From Campylobacteraceae bacterium (GTDB lineage: Bacteria; Campylobacterota; Campylobacteria; Campylobacterales; Sulfurovaceae), in assembly GCA_027063325.1 (NCBI GenBank), contig JAMOSA010000233.1, positions 1 through 37,948 on the forward strand: DNA of 37,948 nucleotides, in the 5' to 3' direction. Made by a program: the position numbers and the translations under genes. The notes below the pieces were generated by a model. It worked only from the letters and a program-made list of their open reading frames with translations. It was not told the origin of the DNA and searched no databases. Positions within the stretch are counted from its first letter, which is position 1; each line of letters begins with the position of its first letter. Of the stretch, positions 17,515 through 29,325 are shown piece by piece.

Positions 17515-19464
17515 TTATTTACAATAAGAAGACTCTTTTATATCCAAAGTTACATCCTGATACTCAAAATGTTCTTTGTCAATATCTAGTGATATTGGTA
17601 TAATTTTGGCTTCAGTGTAACTGTATGTCTCAAAACTCTTTGTTATATCAGTATATGATTTATACTCTTCTACTTTGGCAAACTTATCACATGTATATCC
17701 ACTGTAATCCAATCTGTTTACATACATTGTAGTGTGAGTTCCACCCAATGAATTGAAACTAAGAGTTACTACACTGTTTTCAAGATCTACAAAGACTCCT
17801 TCACTCCACGCTCCATTATACCCTATGGATTTTTGAGGTAATCCATCTGAAGTCAACTCTATATTTGTTCCTCCTGCACTCAGATACATTTTGCCGTTAT
17901 AACTGATAGTTATACCTCTGTAGTAACTGTATGGAGATGAGAGTAAAAGAGTCTTTGCACTTTTAATATTTCCATCCGCATCTATATTTATCAAACCTGT
18001 ATTAATAAAGCTTGAGGAGTACTCATTATCTTCAAATACCAAAAATATGCCACTATCTGTTACTATTATACCATCACCCCTACTTGTAAGATAATTGTCA
18101 TTATAGAGTCTGTTAAACTCTTTTGCATATATAAAATTACCATCCAAATCAAGTTTTACTACCAAAGCAGATGTTCCTCTTTTTGCATTTTGGGATGTAC
18201 CTGATATATAGATACCACTGTTTGTAATATCAATACCATTAAAGTTCCATGTATCTCCACCATTTGTACCATAACCCAAATCATAGTAGAGTTCAGGTGA
18301 TGTTATAGCCTTTGCATCAAGTATATCTCCACTCTTTTCATCAATTTTTACAAAGATACCTATATTTGCTTTGTTTCCATTGTTATCAATTGGAATATAT
18401 GCATTTCCCACTGCATATATGGCATCACCTCCATATTTTATGGCTTTTAAATCAACAGCATCATCCCTTTTGTATATTGCTCCCCACTTAAAACCTCCAG
18501 TTGAACTTAGGTTTATTATCATTGCACTGAGTGAAGAATAGCTACCATCTCTTAATACGCTTCCAAGTAGTGCTATATTACCACTAAGCCAAGATCTATC
18601 TATATCTATGATAGATTCATTCTGTTTATATATAGGATTTATAGAGTCATCTTTATATCTGGCATAGTATATATCAAGTATATCTCCACTATCTTTGTCT
18701 ATTTGCATAATCAAAGCATCATCGCCTCTGTTATTGGTATTTAATTGATCTACTGTAACAGTACCACCCAATATATAACTGTTTGTACCGCTTGTTGGTG
18801 CACCATCATTTACAATCAATTGGGATGATTGAGAGTTGTTGATTATATTTAACTCATATACTTTTGAGAATAGAATATCACTTAGATGTGTAATATACTC
18901 TATTTTGGCTATTGCCTCTTGTACTGTAATATCATCACCAGTAACTCCACTCATTACATCTTTTGCCTCTATTACACTGTTTAGATTTGAATTTGCAAAA
19001 TATAGACCAACTTCTGTTTTGTTTGCTAAAATCTTTTTGTCATTTTCATCTCCATACTCAGACAATGCACCATTTATAACAGCTAGAATAAATTCTGATT
19101 TTTTTATATTGTTATTTGATAATTCGCCAACCCAATATTGCAATCCTGCAGTATCTGGTTCTCTGTTGAACAAGTTTTTATAAATGGCTTTTACAAATTC
19201 ATCTGTTGTCAAACTCTGGGGGTATCTCTGTTGGGTCTCATTTTGATCAAAAAAGCTTTGTGCTATCTGCTCTAAACATGCATTACCACCAAAGGATTGA
19301 TATAACCAGTAATCAATACCTGCTTTATCTGGAGCCCTGTCAAAAGTGGCTACATAGAGTCTAGTTAAACTCTCCTCTGTTGGCTTTTCACAACCATTTG
19401 CAAAGGAGAATAACACTGTTCCAACTACTACTATCTTTAATATATACCTAAAAAAACTTTTCAT
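17515..19464 (-). CDS. Secreted/surface protein: N-terminal DUF4214 (S-layer-associated) domain plus probable beta-propeller
   Basis: Signal-like N-terminus; RLYVATFDRAPDKAGIDYW and YKNLFNREPDTAGLQYW repeats; repeated blades such as LVVKLDLDGN and IFVKIDEKSGD. Confidence 0.75.
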   Translation of the reverse strand: MKSFFRYILKIVVVGTVLFSFANGCEKPTEESLTRLYVATFDRAPDKAGIDYWLYQSFGGNACLEQIAQSFFDQNETQQRYPQSLTTDEFVKAIYKNLFNREPDTAGLQYWVGELSNNNIKKSEFILAVINGALSEYGDENDKKILANKTEVGLYFANSNLNSVIEAKDVMSGVTGDDITVQEAIAKIEYITHLSDILFSKVYELNIINNSQSSQLIVNDGAPTSGTNSYILGGTVTVDQLNTNNRGDDALIMQIDKDSGDILDIYYARYKDDSINPIYKQNESIIDIDRSWLSGNIALLGSVLRDGSYSSLSAMIINLSSTGGFKWGAIYKRDDAVDLKAIKYGGDAIYAVGNAYIPIDNNGNKANIGIFVKIDEKSGDILDAKAITSPELYYDLGYGTNGGDTWNFNGIDITNSGIYISGTSQNAKRGTSALVVKLDLDGNFIYAKEFNRLYNDNYLTSRGDGIIVTDSGIFLVFEDNEYSSSFINTGLINIDADGNIKSAKTLLLSSPYSYYRGITISYNGKMYLSAGGTNIELTSDGLPQKSIGYNGAWSEGVFVDLENSVVTLSFNSLGGTHTTMYVNRLDYSGYTCDKFAKVEEYKSYTDITKSFETYSYTEAKIIPISLDIDKEHFEYQDVTLDIKESSYCK

Positions 19465-19570
19465 TTTTTACCCCTTTTTTTGTATATATACATTATAGAA
19501 CTTAAAATATAAAATATTTATTAAACAATAAAGGTGATATAGAGTAATTATTTTAGATATATAGTAAGGG

Positions 19571-20209
19571 TTATTTGAGTATCTTTTGAATAGCAATAGA
19601 GCATAGTGTAAGACCAAATGCACCTGTTACTGCTACAAATGATCCCTTCTCTTTGCATTTTGGCTCTTCATCTGAAAAGACAACAGTAAAATTCCTGTCA
19701 AATTTATGTTTTTTAAGCTCATTTCTTATCTTTCTAGCAAGTGCATCTCCATGACTTTTCCATATAGAGGAGTATTTGATTTTGGTAGTATCTATACGCT
19801 TTGCTGAACCCATTGACATAAGTAACTTTTTATAGCATTTTTTAGCAAGTGCAATTTTAACTTGAGTTGTATCACAAGCATCTATTACTATATCATAGGG
19901 ATCAAAATCAAATTTATATACCCAACTGGGAGTAACTTTGCACTCAATAGTATTAATACCCTTATATAGTTTTGCCAATGTATCTACTTTGCTATCTCCT
20001 ATACCAATATCTGCTCCAATTTGTCTGTTTTGATTACTCTCTTCAAAAGTATCATAATCAACTATAGTAATATTTGTAACACCACTACGATAGAGACAAT
20101 CCAAGGCATAACTACCAACTCCCCCTACACCAATAATTATTATATTGGTTTTTTGCAATTTGTCAAATCCCTCTTCTCCAAATAGATCTTTGCATCTTTG
20201 GTATCTCAT
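19571..20209 (-). CDS. tcdA: tRNA threonylcarbamoyladenosine dehydratase (ThiF/MoeB family)
   Basis: GVGGVGS, SNQNRQ, IDACD, SMGSA, DALARKIR, VFSDE and GSFVAVTGAFG motifs; ATGA overlap with the surE stop. Confidence 0.85.
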   Translation of the reverse strand: MRYQRCKDLFGEEGFDKLQKTNIIIIGVGGVGSYALDCLYRSGVTNITIVDYDTFEESNQNRQIGADIGIGDSKVDTLAKLYKGINTIECKVTPSWVYKFDFDPYDIVIDACDTTQVKIALAKKCYKKLLMSMGSAKRIDTTKIKYSSIWKSHGDALARKIRNELKKHKFDRNFTVVFSDEEPKCKEKGSFVAVTGAFGLTLCSIAIQKILK

Positions 20210-20994
20210 ATCCACCTCTTGATGTTTTCTAATCTATTGTATGCTGTCATATCCAAAGTAATTGGAGTAATAGATACAAAACCTCTCTCTATTGCTTCAA
20301 AGTCACTCAAATATTTGGGATTATTCCTAGATGACCACTCAAGTTTTGGCAAACCTATCCAAAAGTACTCTAAACCTCTTGGATTTATATGTGATTGGGC
20401 ATCATTCCCATAGTGTCTAATACCTGCATATGTAGCTTTGTATCCTTTGTATTCGTTTTCACTAACTGGAGGTATATTTATATTTAGTAACTCTCTTTTG
20501 GATACTGGATTATCAACTGATAATATCCTAGAAGCTATATACAAAGCTACTTGTGAAGCTAATTCATAATTGTATGGTATATTTGAACTTTCTGGCAGTA
20601 CTTGTGATATGGCAATAGATGGGATCCCTTGTAAGACACCCTCCATAGCTCCTGCTACTGTACCACTATATGTAATATCTTCACCCATATTTGCACCTTT
20701 GTTTATACCAGATACAATAAGATCTGGTTTACTATTTTTATATATCTTTTTGAGTGCTAAGAATATACAATCAGCAGGTGTTCCATCATCTAGTTTATAA
20801 AATGACTCTTCTATATTTACAAATCTAAGAGGTCTGGTAAGAGTCAAGGAGTGACCACTAGCAGACTTTTCGAGTGTAGGGGCTACTACAGTAACATCTG
20901 CAATCTCTTTGAGTCTGTTATACAAGGCTATAAGCCCCTCAGCCTCAAAACCATCATCATTTGTAATTAGGATTTTGTATCTCTTTTTTAACAT
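20206..20994 (-). CDS. surE: 5'/3'-nucleotidase SurE
   Basis: ILITNDDG, VVAP, GTPADC, SGINKGANMG and YSGTVAGAMEG motifs. ATG at 20994 follows AAGGA. Confidence 0.95.
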   Translation of the reverse strand: MLKKRYKILITNDDGFEAEGLIALYNRLKEIADVTVVAPTLEKSASGHSLTLTRPLRFVNIEESFYKLDDGTPADCIFLALKKIYKNSKPDLIVSGINKGANMGEDITYSGTVAGAMEGVLQGIPSIAISQVLPESSNIPYNYELASQVALYIASRILSVDNPVSKRELLNINIPPVSENEYKGYKATYAGIRHYGNDAQSHINPRGLEYFWIGLPKLEWSSRNNPKYLSDFEAIERGFVSITPITLDMTAYNRLENIKRWI

Positions 20995-23900
20995 CTGTAT
21001 CCTTTTTGTCATCTTCATATATAGTTGCTAAAAGTTCTTCTGTTTTGTTGTGTGGCAGAGGAGGAGAGAAGAGGTATCCTTGATATATATCACAACCATA
21101 AGTCTCCAGATATTGTAAAACATGGCTGTTTTCTACACCCTCAGCTACAGTCTTCATATCAAATACTTTTGCTATCTCTATAATCATCTTTACAAGAGCA
21201 GTATTTTTATCCAAAAAGAGTCTTAACACAAAATCTTTATCTATTTTTAGTGTATCAACAGGCAGTTTGTTTAGATAGTTGAGCGAAGAGTAACCCGTAC
21301 CAAAATCATCAATACTAAATGTAAAGCCCAGATTTTTGAGTCTGTTTATGGTATCTATGGTTTTGTTTATATCTTTTAGTAGAGCATCTTCTACTATCTC
21401 AAGTTCTATCAATTCTGTTTTTGCTCCAGTATTTTGTACAATATCTAACAAAGTAGCTTCAAAACTATCTGTTACAAACTGTTCACTTGATATATTTATA
21501 GATACCTTTTTATCAAAATCACTCCACCTCTTTTTCCACTCTACCAAATCTCTACAGACACTTTTTATTACATACTCATTCAATCTAAGACCAAGAGTAT
21601 TACCAATAGTAGCTTGTATAAATTGATCTGGACTAAGTAACCCTTTTTTGGGGTGTTGCCATCTAAGGAGTGCTTCAAACCCTTCTACTTCTCCACTTGA
21701 AATTGATACTTTTGGTTGATAGAATATCTTTAATTCATTACTCTTTTTTAGAGCATTTGTCAATTCATTTTTAATCTCGAGATACTTTTTGGATGCTTCA
21801 TCGAGTGCTTCATCAAAGAAGTTGAATCTGTTTTTACCACCTTTTTTGGCATGATACATAGCAACATCTGCATTTACAATTACATCCTGATAACTCTTTT
21901 CTTCTGTTGGAAATATCTTGATACCTATACTGAAACTTACCTCTATTGATATATCATCTACAATAATAGGCTTTTTAAAATGCTCAATAAGTTTCTCTAC
22001 AAATATAGATGCTTTTGCAATGGCAGACTCCTGATTTTTACCAAGTCTAGTTAGAATTATGGCAAATTCATCTCCTGCTATTCTAGCTGCTATATCTCCC
22101 TCATAGATAAGCTCTTTGAATCTGTATGCAACTTTTTGTAATACTCTGTCACCAACTTCATGACCATAGTAGTCATTGATGTGTTTAAAGTTATCCAAAT
22201 CAAAAAAGAAAAAAGCATTTAACTCTTTGTGAAGTTTACAGTATGAATAAATTCTTTGTAACTCTTCAGTTAATCCTTGTCTGTTATACAAATCTGTCAA
22301 AGGATCATGCATAGCCCTATACTCTGCACTCTGTTGAGCATCTTTCATATCACTTATATCATAAAAGTGTGCTATATAGTGTGTAACTTCACCATTGTTA
22401 TCTTTGATTGCACTAATTGATAACAACTCTGGATAAATTTCGCCATTTTTGCGTCTATTGTATATCTCTCCACTCCAATGACCAGTTCTTCTGAGTTTAT
22501 CCCACATATCTACATAAAAATTTTTATCATGCTGACCAGATTTGAGTATGTTTGTGCTTTTGCCTATAACTTCATCTGCTTCATATCCTGTAATTTCTGT
22601 AAATGCTTTGTTTACCTTGACTATTTTTCCATTTGTATCTGTTACTGTAATTGCCTCATGTGCATCAAAAGCTGAAGCTGCAATTCTAAGCTCTTCTCTA
22701 AGTCTTCTCTCTTGCTCTTTTGCATCAATTTTTTCAAATGCATAAGTTAAAGCACTACACATCCTGCCAAGCATCTCATTTATTGATACATCAAACTTCT
22801 CCTCTTTGTCAAATGCAATAACAAGTACAAATATTGTCTGTTTATCTCTGTTTATGGGGTATAATCCAAATACTTCAATCCCTTCATATAGAGGATTTTT
22901 GACAGCTTCAGGGTGTGATACCATCTGTCTGCCATCATTGAATGTATGCTCTATATCATCAGCTATTTTAAGTGTATCATTACCATGTATCTCTTTTTTT
23001 AATACAGTAGCTGGGATATTTTCTGTTATAAATGGTTCAATTACTCCATCTTTTTTTTCTGCCAACCAGAGATATTTAAAGTACTCTGTTTGGTACAAAA
23101 TTACACACATTGATGTAAGAATAGTCCTCTCATCATCATCATTATATATAAGTATTTCAGAAAATTCTGCAAAAGTTTGATAGAGTCTTTTTTGCTCATC
23201 TATCTTTGATACTAAATCCCCAAAGGCATTTATAATACTGCTTACAAGCCTAATAAGCAGATACAGAGCAAGTATGGACAGCAACCATATAAATATACTC
23301 AACCCCAAAGTTGTAAGAGCATCTCTTTTTAACTTCTGCTTCATATGCATCAGCATATTAAGTACCTCTTTATCCAGTTTATGAAGAGAATTTATATACC
23401 TAGTAGATATTTCCCACCATTTATTACTCTTTATACAGCATACATCTCTTTCAAAAATTATTTTATGTTTTGTATCTATATAGTTGTTTTCAAATTTTTT
23501 ATCTATAATATCTCTATAGCGTGTAAATACTCTAATTGTTGCATCACTGAGTAGATCTTGTCTTACTTGTTTAAACTCCATCTCAAGCTTGATTAGTGTA
23601 TGAAGTACTCTTGGTGCAGTTGAACCACTCTCTAACATAAATGTTATCAAAGCTCTCTCTTTACCACTTACTTCACCAAGTAGCATCAATCTTCTATATG
23701 CTACTATTGTTCTAAAAAACTCTTCATTTACAAATTTACTCTTTAGGATATTTGTACTTGCAATCAGATTTGATATTATATTGCTGTAGTAGTCTAATAT
23801 CTCAAATATATTAACCTTTTTTTTATCTACCTTTTGTCTAAAACTCTCTATATCAGAATAACTCTCTACTACACTCTTTAGATAGTTTTGATTTTCACTA

Positions 23901-24217
23901 TTTGTATAATTGTTAAAATACCTCTTTAATCGTTGATAGCACTCATTTGTTTTTTTTCGTTGTTTTTTTAACTTTTCATAAAAAAAATCTGATTTTTTTG
24001 AGATATATCCTATACTCAAGCCTCTCTCTTTTTGCAAATTATCTATAAATCTACTACTTATCTTTGCATATTGAGATACCCTGTCAAGGTATAGTGTATT
24101 GTCATACTGTATCACTTTGTCATATAGATAACCAGATGAGAAGTAAACCATTCCAATTGATGGAATGGCAAAGATTATCAGTAATTTTAGTTTTAGGTTT
24201 TTGATAAAATTATTCAT
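20957..24217 (-). CDS. Membrane c-di-GMP signalling protein, TM-NIT-TM-(GAF-like)-PAS-GGDEF-EAL
   Basis: LQKERGLS and GKERA NIT signatures between two TM helices; PAS (VNKAFTEITGY, NRRKNGEIYP); HDPLT, DLDNFK, AGDEF; QPKV, EALLRW, DDFGTGYSS. Confidence 0.9.
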   Translation of the reverse strand: MNNFIKNLKLKLLIIFAIPSIGMVYFSSGYLYDKVIQYDNTLYLDRVSQYAKISSRFIDNLQKERGLSIGYISKKSDFFYEKLKKQRKKTNECYQRLKRYFNNYTNSENQNYLKSVVESYSDIESFRQKVDKKKVNIFEILDYYSNIISNLIASTNILKSKFVNEEFFRTIVAYRRLMLLGEVSGKERALITFMLESGSTAPRVLHTLIKLEMEFKQVRQDLLSDATIRVFTRYRDIIDKKFENNYIDTKHKIIFERDVCCIKSNKWWEISTRYINSLHKLDKEVLNMLMHMKQKLKRDALTTLGLSIFIWLLSILALYLLIRLVSSIINAFGDLVSKIDEQKRLYQTFAEFSEILIYNDDDERTILTSMCVILYQTEYFKYLWLAEKKDGVIEPFITENIPATVLKKEIHGNDTLKIADDIEHTFNDGRQMVSHPEAVKNPLYEGIEVFGLYPINRDKQTIFVLVIAFDKEEKFDVSINEMLGRMCSALTYAFEKIDAKEQERRLREELRIAASAFDAHEAITVTDTNGKIVKVNKAFTEITGYEADEVIGKSTNILKSGQHDKNFYVDMWDKLRRTGHWSGEIYNRRKNGEIYPELLSISAIKDNNGEVTHYIAHFYDISDMKDAQQSAEYRAMHDPLTDLYNRQGLTEELQRIYSYCKLHKELNAFFFFDLDNFKHINDYYGHEVGDRVLQKVAYRFKELIYEGDIAARIAGDEFAIILTRLGKNQESAIAKASIFVEKLIEHFKKPIIVDDISIEVSFSIGIKIFPTEEKSYQDVIVNADVAMYHAKKGGKNRFNFFDEALDEASKKYLEIKNELTNALKKSNELKIFYQPKVSISSGEVEGFEALLRWQHPKKGLLSPDQFIQATIGNTLGLRLNEYVIKSVCRDLVEWKKRWSDFDKKVSINISSEQFVTDSFEATLLDIVQNTGAKTELIELEIVEDALLKDINKTIDTINRLKNLGFTFSIDDFGTGYSSLNYLNKLPVDTLKIDKDFVLRLFLDKNTALVKMIIEIAKVFDMKTVAEGVENSHVLQYLETYGCDIYQGYLFSPPLPHNKTEELLATIYEDDKKDTDVKKEIQNPNYK

Positions 24218-24259
24218 AGAGCTTTTATTCCTCTTTGTGGATTGTTTGATGAGCCATAT

Positions 24260-24829
24260 TTACTGATTTGAATCTAATATCTTTGGTAAGGTTATTCCTT
24301 TTTGTTTTTGATATTTACCTTTTCTATCTTTATAAGTAGTTTCACATGGAGTATCACCTTGCAAAAAGAGTACTTGAGCAATTCCTTCATTTGCATAAAT
24401 TTTAGCAGGTAGTGGTGTGGTATTTGAGATCTCTATTGTAATATGCCCCTCAAATTCGGGTTCAAATGGTGTTACATTTACAATAATACCACATCTAGCA
24501 TATGTGCTTTTCCCAAGACATACTGCTAAAGTATCTGGAGGCATCTTAAAATACTCTACAGTTCTAGCAAGTGCAAATGAGTTTGGAGGTACAATACATA
24601 CATCCCCTATATAGTCTATGACATTTGCTTCATCAAAATCTTTGGGATCAATTACAGTAGAGTTTACATTTGTAAAAATTTTAAACTCATTACTTACTCT
24701 TATATCATAACCATAACTGCTCAATCCATAACTTATAACACCCTTTGATACCAACCCTTCACAAAAAGGTTCTATCATTTGATGTTTTAAAGACATCTCT
24801 CTTATCCAACTATCTGATTTTAATCCCAT
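24260..24829 (-). CDS. dcd: dCTP deaminase
   Basis: [34 protein letters not shown] and KYQ motifs. Confidence 0.96.
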   Translation of the reverse strand: MGLKSDSWIREMSLKHQMIEPFCEGLVSKGVISYGLSSYGYDIRVSNEFKIFTNVNSTVIDPKDFDEANVIDYIGDVCIVPPNSFALARTVEYFKMPPDTLAVCLGKSTYARCGIIVNVTPFEPEFEGHITIEISNTTPLPAKIYANEGIAQVLFLQGDTPCETTYKDRKGKYQKQKGITLPKILDSNQ

Positions 24830-25007
24830 ATATTTACCTCATTTTATAAAAATTACCAAATTAGTTACAAATTTTACACACTCTAAGACTGTTTTGAGAA
24901 ATAAACAGTGTAATTATATAGATATGAATTTATTGTTAAACAACCTATTTAGTAACCATTAGATATAATGATGCTATTATATCCAAGCGATAGTAAAGGG
25001 AGAGAAT

Positions 25008-25457
25008 ATGAAATTTGATGATATAAAAGAGTTAATAAAACTATTTGGTAAGAGTGGATTAAATAAGATAAAGATAAAAGATAAAGAGTTTGAAATAACC
25101 ATGGAAAAGGGTGCTGTTTTGACATCCAAAGATGCAGTATCTGCTACTCCAACAGTACAACAAGTAGCTTCAACTCCTGCTGTAGAGGTACAGACTACCA
25201 AAAAAGATGAGGCAGAGGGTGATATAATATCCTCTCCGATGGTAGGTACATTTTATAGTGCTCCATCCCCTGATTCTCCTCCATTTGTTCAAGCAGGAGA
25301 TACAGTTCGCAAAGGGCAGACATTGTGTATTTTAGAAGCTATGAAGATTATGAATGAACTTGAGGCTGAATATGATTGTAAAATTTTGGAGGTACTTGTA
25401 CAAGATGGTGAGCCTGTAGAGTATGATAAACCTCTCTTTAGAGTGGAGAAGCTCTAA
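25008..25457 (+). CDS. accB: Acetyl-CoA carboxylase biotin carboxyl carrier protein
   Basis: SPMVGTFY, biotin-attachment motif EAMKIMNE, PVEY. Confidence 0.95.
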   Translation: MKFDDIKELIKLFGKSGLNKIKIKDKEFEITMEKGAVLTSKDAVSATPTVQQVASTPAVEVQTTKKDEAEGDIISSPMVGTFYSAPSPDSPPFVQAGDTVRKGQTLCILEAMKIMNELEAEYDCKILEVLVQDGEPVEYDKPLFRVEKL

Positions 25458-25458
25458 G

Positions 25459-26799
25459 ATGGGAAAGATAAAGCGTATTCTTATAGCAAACAGAGGTGAA
25501 ATTGCCCTAAGAGCTATTCGTACTATTAAGGAGATGGGTAAAGAGGCTGTAGCAGTTTATTCTACAGCAGACAAAGATGCCGCCTATTTACAATTAGCTG
25601 ATGCTGCAATTTGTATAGGTGGTCCAAAGAGTAATGAGAGTTATCTCAATATTCCAGCAGTAATCTCTGCAGCAGAATTGGCTGAGTGCGATGCTATATT
25701 CCCTGGATATGGCTTTTTGAGTGAAAATCAAAACTTTGTTGAAATTTGTGAACATCATGGTATCAAATTTATTGGTCCTGGTGCTGATGTTATGCAGTTG
25801 ATGGCAGACAAATCAAAAGCCAAGCAGGTGATGGCAGAAGCTGGTGTACCTACAATACCAGGAAGTGATGGGGCAGTAAAAACAGCAGAAGAGGCAAAAG
25901 AGTTGGCAAAAAAGATTGGCTATCCTGTTATTGTAAAAGCTGCTGCTGGTGGTGGTGGTAGAGGTATGAGAGTAGTCGAAGATGAAAGCTATATAGAAAA
26001 TGCTTTTTTGGCATGTGAAGCAGAAGCTGTAAGTGCTTTTGGTGATGGTACTTTGTATATGGAGAAGTTTATAGAGGCACCTCGCCATGTTGAGGTACAG
26101 GTAATGGGTGACAGTCATGGTAATGCCATACATATAGGTGAAAGAGACTGCTCTATGCAAAGAAGACACCAAAAACTAATAGAAGAATCACCTGCAAATG
26201 TATTAGATGAGCAAAGACGCCAAGAGTTACACCAAGCAGCAGTCAGAGCTACAAAACATATAAAATATGAGGGTGCTGGTACATTTGAATTTTTGGTTGA
26301 CAAGCATAAAAACTTCTATTTTATGGAGATGAATACAAGACTCCAGGTAGAACATTGTGTCAGTGAAATGGTAAGTGGTATAGATATTATTGAGATGATG
26401 ATAAGAGTAGCCGAAGGAGAAGAGTTACCGCCTCAAGATGAGATTACTCTAAGAGGTCATGCAATAGAGTGTAGAATTACAGCTGAAGATCCTGTTAGTT
26501 TTTTGCCAAGTCCGGGTAAGATACAAAAATGGATAGCTCCAGGTGGCAAAGATGTACGAATTGATACCCATGCATACTGCAACTATATAATTCCTACATA
26601 TTATGATTCAATGATAGGTAAACTGATAGTATGGGGAGCAGATAGAGACAAAGCAATAGCCAAGATGCAAAGAGCATTAGATGAATTTGAGGTAGCTGGA
26701 GTTAGAACCACTATAGATTTTCATAGAAAGATGATGAGAAATGAAGACTTTAGAAACAATAACTTTGATACCAAATATTTAGAAGACTACAAAGGTTAA
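25459..26799 (+). CDS. accC: Acetyl-CoA carboxylase biotin carboxylase subunit
   Basis: [44 protein letters not shown] and YDSMIGK motifs; follows accB. Confidence 0.96.
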   Translation: MGKIKRILIANRGEIALRAIRTIKEMGKEAVAVYSTADKDAAYLQLADAAICIGGPKSNESYLNIPAVISAAELAECDAIFPGYGFLSENQNFVEICEHHGIKFIGPGADVMQLMADKSKAKQVMAEAGVPTIPGSDGAVKTAEEAKELAKKIGYPVIVKAAAGGGGRGMRVVEDESYIENAFLACEAEAVSAFGDGTLYMEKFIEAPRHVEVQVMGDSHGNAIHIGERDCSMQRRHQKLIEESPANVLDEQRRQELHQAAVRATKHIKYEGAGTFEFLVDKHKNFYFMEMNTRLQVEHCVSEMVSGIDIIEMMIRVAEGEELPPQDEITLRGHAIECRITAEDPVSFLPSPGKIQKWIAPGGKDVRIDTHAYCNYIIPTYYDSMIGKLIVWGADRDKAIAKMQRALDEFEVAGVRTTIDFHRKMMRNEDFRNNNFDTKYLEDYKG

Positions 26800-26809
26800 A
26801 ATAGTCCAA

Positions 26810-27865
26810 ATGAAAATATTAGTAACAGGTACTGCTGGTTTTATAGGTTATCATTTGGCTAAAAGATTGACAAGTGAAGGTTTTGAAGTAGTTGGGCTGG
26901 ATAATATAAATGACTATTATGATATTAGAGTAAAATATGGCAGATTGGAAGATAGCGGTATAGAAGGAGCCAAAGAGGCTACATACAACTCCATACTTGT
27001 TAGTCAAACCAACCCCAATTACAAATTTATCAAATTGAACTTAGAAGATAAAGAGGGGATAGATAGACTTTTTGAGAGTGAAAAGTTTGATGCTGTATGT
27101 AATCTAGCTGCCCAAGCTGGAGTTAGATACAGTATCACAAATCCCAATGTTTATATTCAGAGCAATATAGTAGGCTTTACAAATATATTAGAATCTTGTA
27201 GGCATAATGGTATAAAGCATTTGGTATATGCCAGCAGCTCCAGCGTATATGGACTCAATGAGAGTATGCCATTTAGTGTACATGATAATGTTGATCATCC
27301 AATAAGTCTGTATGCTGCAAGTAAAAAGAGTAATGAATTAATGGCTCATACATATAGCCATCTGTATAATTTACCTACGACTGGACTTAGATTTTTTACT
27401 GTATATGGTCCATGGGGCAGACCAGATATGGCTCTATTTTTGTTTACTAAAGCTATGTTGGAGGGTAAAGCCATAGATGTATATAACTATGGCAATATGC
27501 AAAGAGATTTTACATATATAGATGATATTGTAGAGGGGATTGTACGCATTATCCAAAAGCCTCCAAAGGGTAATAAAAACTGGAGTGGCAAAAATCCAGA
27601 TCCTAGCTCTTCTGTTGCACCATACAAAATATATAATATCGGCAATAACAATCCAGTAAAACTTATGGATTTTATAGAAGCAATAGAGGAATCTTTGGGT
27701 ATAAAAGCTCAAAAAAATATGCTGCCTCTACAAGCTGGTGATGTACCATCAACATATGCAGATGTAGAGGATTTGATAAAAGATATGGGATATAAACCAT
27801 CTACACCAATTAAAGAGGGTGTAGCAAACTTTATAAAATGGTACAGGGAGTTTTATAGTGTCTGA
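26810..27865 (+). CDS. NAD-dependent epimerase, UDP-glucuronate 4-epimerase (CapI-like)
   Basis: [30 protein letters not shown] and [15 protein letters not shown] motifs. Confidence 0.92.
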   Translation: MKILVTGTAGFIGYHLAKRLTSEGFEVVGLDNINDYYDIRVKYGRLEDSGIEGAKEATYNSILVSQTNPNYKFIKLNLEDKEGIDRLFESEKFDAVCNLAAQAGVRYSITNPNVYIQSNIVGFTNILESCRHNGIKHLVYASSSSVYGLNESMPFSVHDNVDHPISLYAASKKSNELMAHTYSHLYNLPTTGLRFFTVYGPWGRPDMALFLFTKAMLEGKAIDVYNYGNMQRDFTYIDDIVEGIVRIIQKPPKGNKNWSGKNPDPSSSVAPYKIYNIGNNNPVKLMDFIEAIEESLGIKAQKNMLPLQAGDVPSTYADVEDLIKDMGYKPSTPIKEGVANFIKWYREFYSV

Positions 27866-29117
27866 TAAAATAGCAATTATAGGGTTAGGATATGTTGGGC
27901 TTCCATTGGCTCATGCATTTAGTTTCAAATACAAAGTGGTGGGATTTGATATAGCCAAGTGGAGAATAGAAGAGTTAAACAGATGCAAAGATAGAACTTT
28001 GGAGTTATCTAGTGAACAATTATCAGAAGCTTTGCAAAATGGTATGCTGTTTACTGATGATATAGAGCATATCAAAGATTGCAATATATATATAGTTACA
28101 GTTCCAACCCCTATAGACAAGCACAAAAATCCAGACTTAACTCCACTGATTAAAGCAAGTGAAACTATAGGTAAATTATTAAAAAAAGATGATATAGTTA
28201 TCTATGAATCTACAGTTTTCCCTGGAGCAACCGAAGAGGTTTGTGTACCTGTACTTGAGAAGTTTAGTACTCTAAAGTTCAATAAAGATTTTTATTGTGG
28301 ATACTCACCAGAAAGAATCAATCCAGGAGACAAAGAGCATACTGTTACAAAGATACTCAAAGTTACTTCAGGATCTACCCCCAAGATTGCAAAAAAAGTA
28401 GATGAATTGTACAAATCTGTAATAACAGCAGGTACTCATCTAGCTTCCAGTATAAAAGTAGCCGAAGCTGCAAAAGTTATAGAGAATGCCCAAAGAGATA
28501 TAAATATAGCTTTTGTCAATGAATTGGCACTTATATTTGAAAAATTAAATATAGATACACTGGAAGTTTTAAAAGCAGCAGGTACCAAATGGAATTTCCT
28601 GCCATTTAAACCAGGACTTGTAGGTGGACACTGTATAGGTGTAGATCCATACTATCTGACATATAAATCCAAAGAGGTTGGATACCATCCAGAAGTTATT
28701 CTATCTGGCAGAAGGATAAATGACTCAATGGGTCAAGAGGTAGTCCAAAGAGTGGTCAAGCTAATGATACACAAAGGTCACACCATAAAAGATGCCAAAG
28801 TATTAATCTTGGGTATTACATTCAAAGAGAATTGTCCAGATATTAGAAACAGTCGTGTAATAGATGTAGTAAGAGAGTTTGAAGAGTTTAGTTGCAAAGT
28901 TGATGTATATGATCCATGGGCAGACAGTAGTGAAGTTGAGAGGGAGTATGGATTTGAACTACTTACAGATATTAGGCAAAGTTATGATGCAATAGTATTA
29001 GCAGTTGCACACAAAGAGTTTGAATCTTTGGATTTGGACAGATATAAAAATCCAAATACAGTAGTATTTGATATAAAAGGTCTCTTACCAAAAGATAAAG
29101 CAGATGCAAGACTGTAA
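27858..29117 (+). CDS. UDP-HexNAc 6-dehydrogenase (TviB/WbpO/CapL family)
   Basis: [42 protein letters not shown] and [12 protein letters not shown] motifs. Confidence 0.92.
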   Translation: MSDKIAIIGLGYVGLPLAHAFSFKYKVVGFDIAKWRIEELNRCKDRTLELSSEQLSEALQNGMLFTDDIEHIKDCNIYIVTVPTPIDKHKNPDLTPLIKASETIGKLLKKDDIVIYESTVFPGATEEVCVPVLEKFSTLKFNKDFYCGYSPERINPGDKEHTVTKILKVTSGSTPKIAKKVDELYKSVITAGTHLASSIKVAEAAKVIENAQRDINIAFVNELALIFEKLNIDTLEVLKAAGTKWNFLPFKPGLVGGHCIGVDPYYLTYKSKEVGYHPEVILSGRRINDSMGQEVVQRVVKLMIHKGHTIKDAKVLILGITFKENCPDIRNSRVIDVVREFEEFSCKVDVYDPWADSSEVEREYGFELLTDIRQSYDAIVLAVAHKEFESLDLDRYKNPNTVVFDIKGLLPKDKADARL

Positions 29118-29145
29118 TAGTGGTATTGTAATCATATATTTATAG

Positions 29146-29168
29146 ATGGAGAAAGTAAAAATCTCCAT
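29146..29168. terminator. Possible terminator hairpin after the nucleotide-sugar genes
   Basis: ATGGAGA-N9-TCTCCAT, 28 nt after the stop codon; U-tract is weak. Confidence 0.35.
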
Positions 29169-29311
29169 ATTCTCTCTTGTGGTAGTTAGCTGATTTATTC
29201 AGGTATAACTTTACTGTTTAATCTGAGTCTCGGATAAGAAAGAGATGGTTCCATAATAGAGAAAAATATCATAACACAAATTTTTGTTGACTGTGTGATG
29301 ATTTTTGATAC

Positions 29312-29325
29312 GGGACTAAAGTCCC
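29312..29325. repeat. Single REP-like GC-rich palindrome
   Basis: GGGACTAAAGTCCC in an AT-rich intergenic region downstream of the tRNA operon. Confidence 0.4.
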
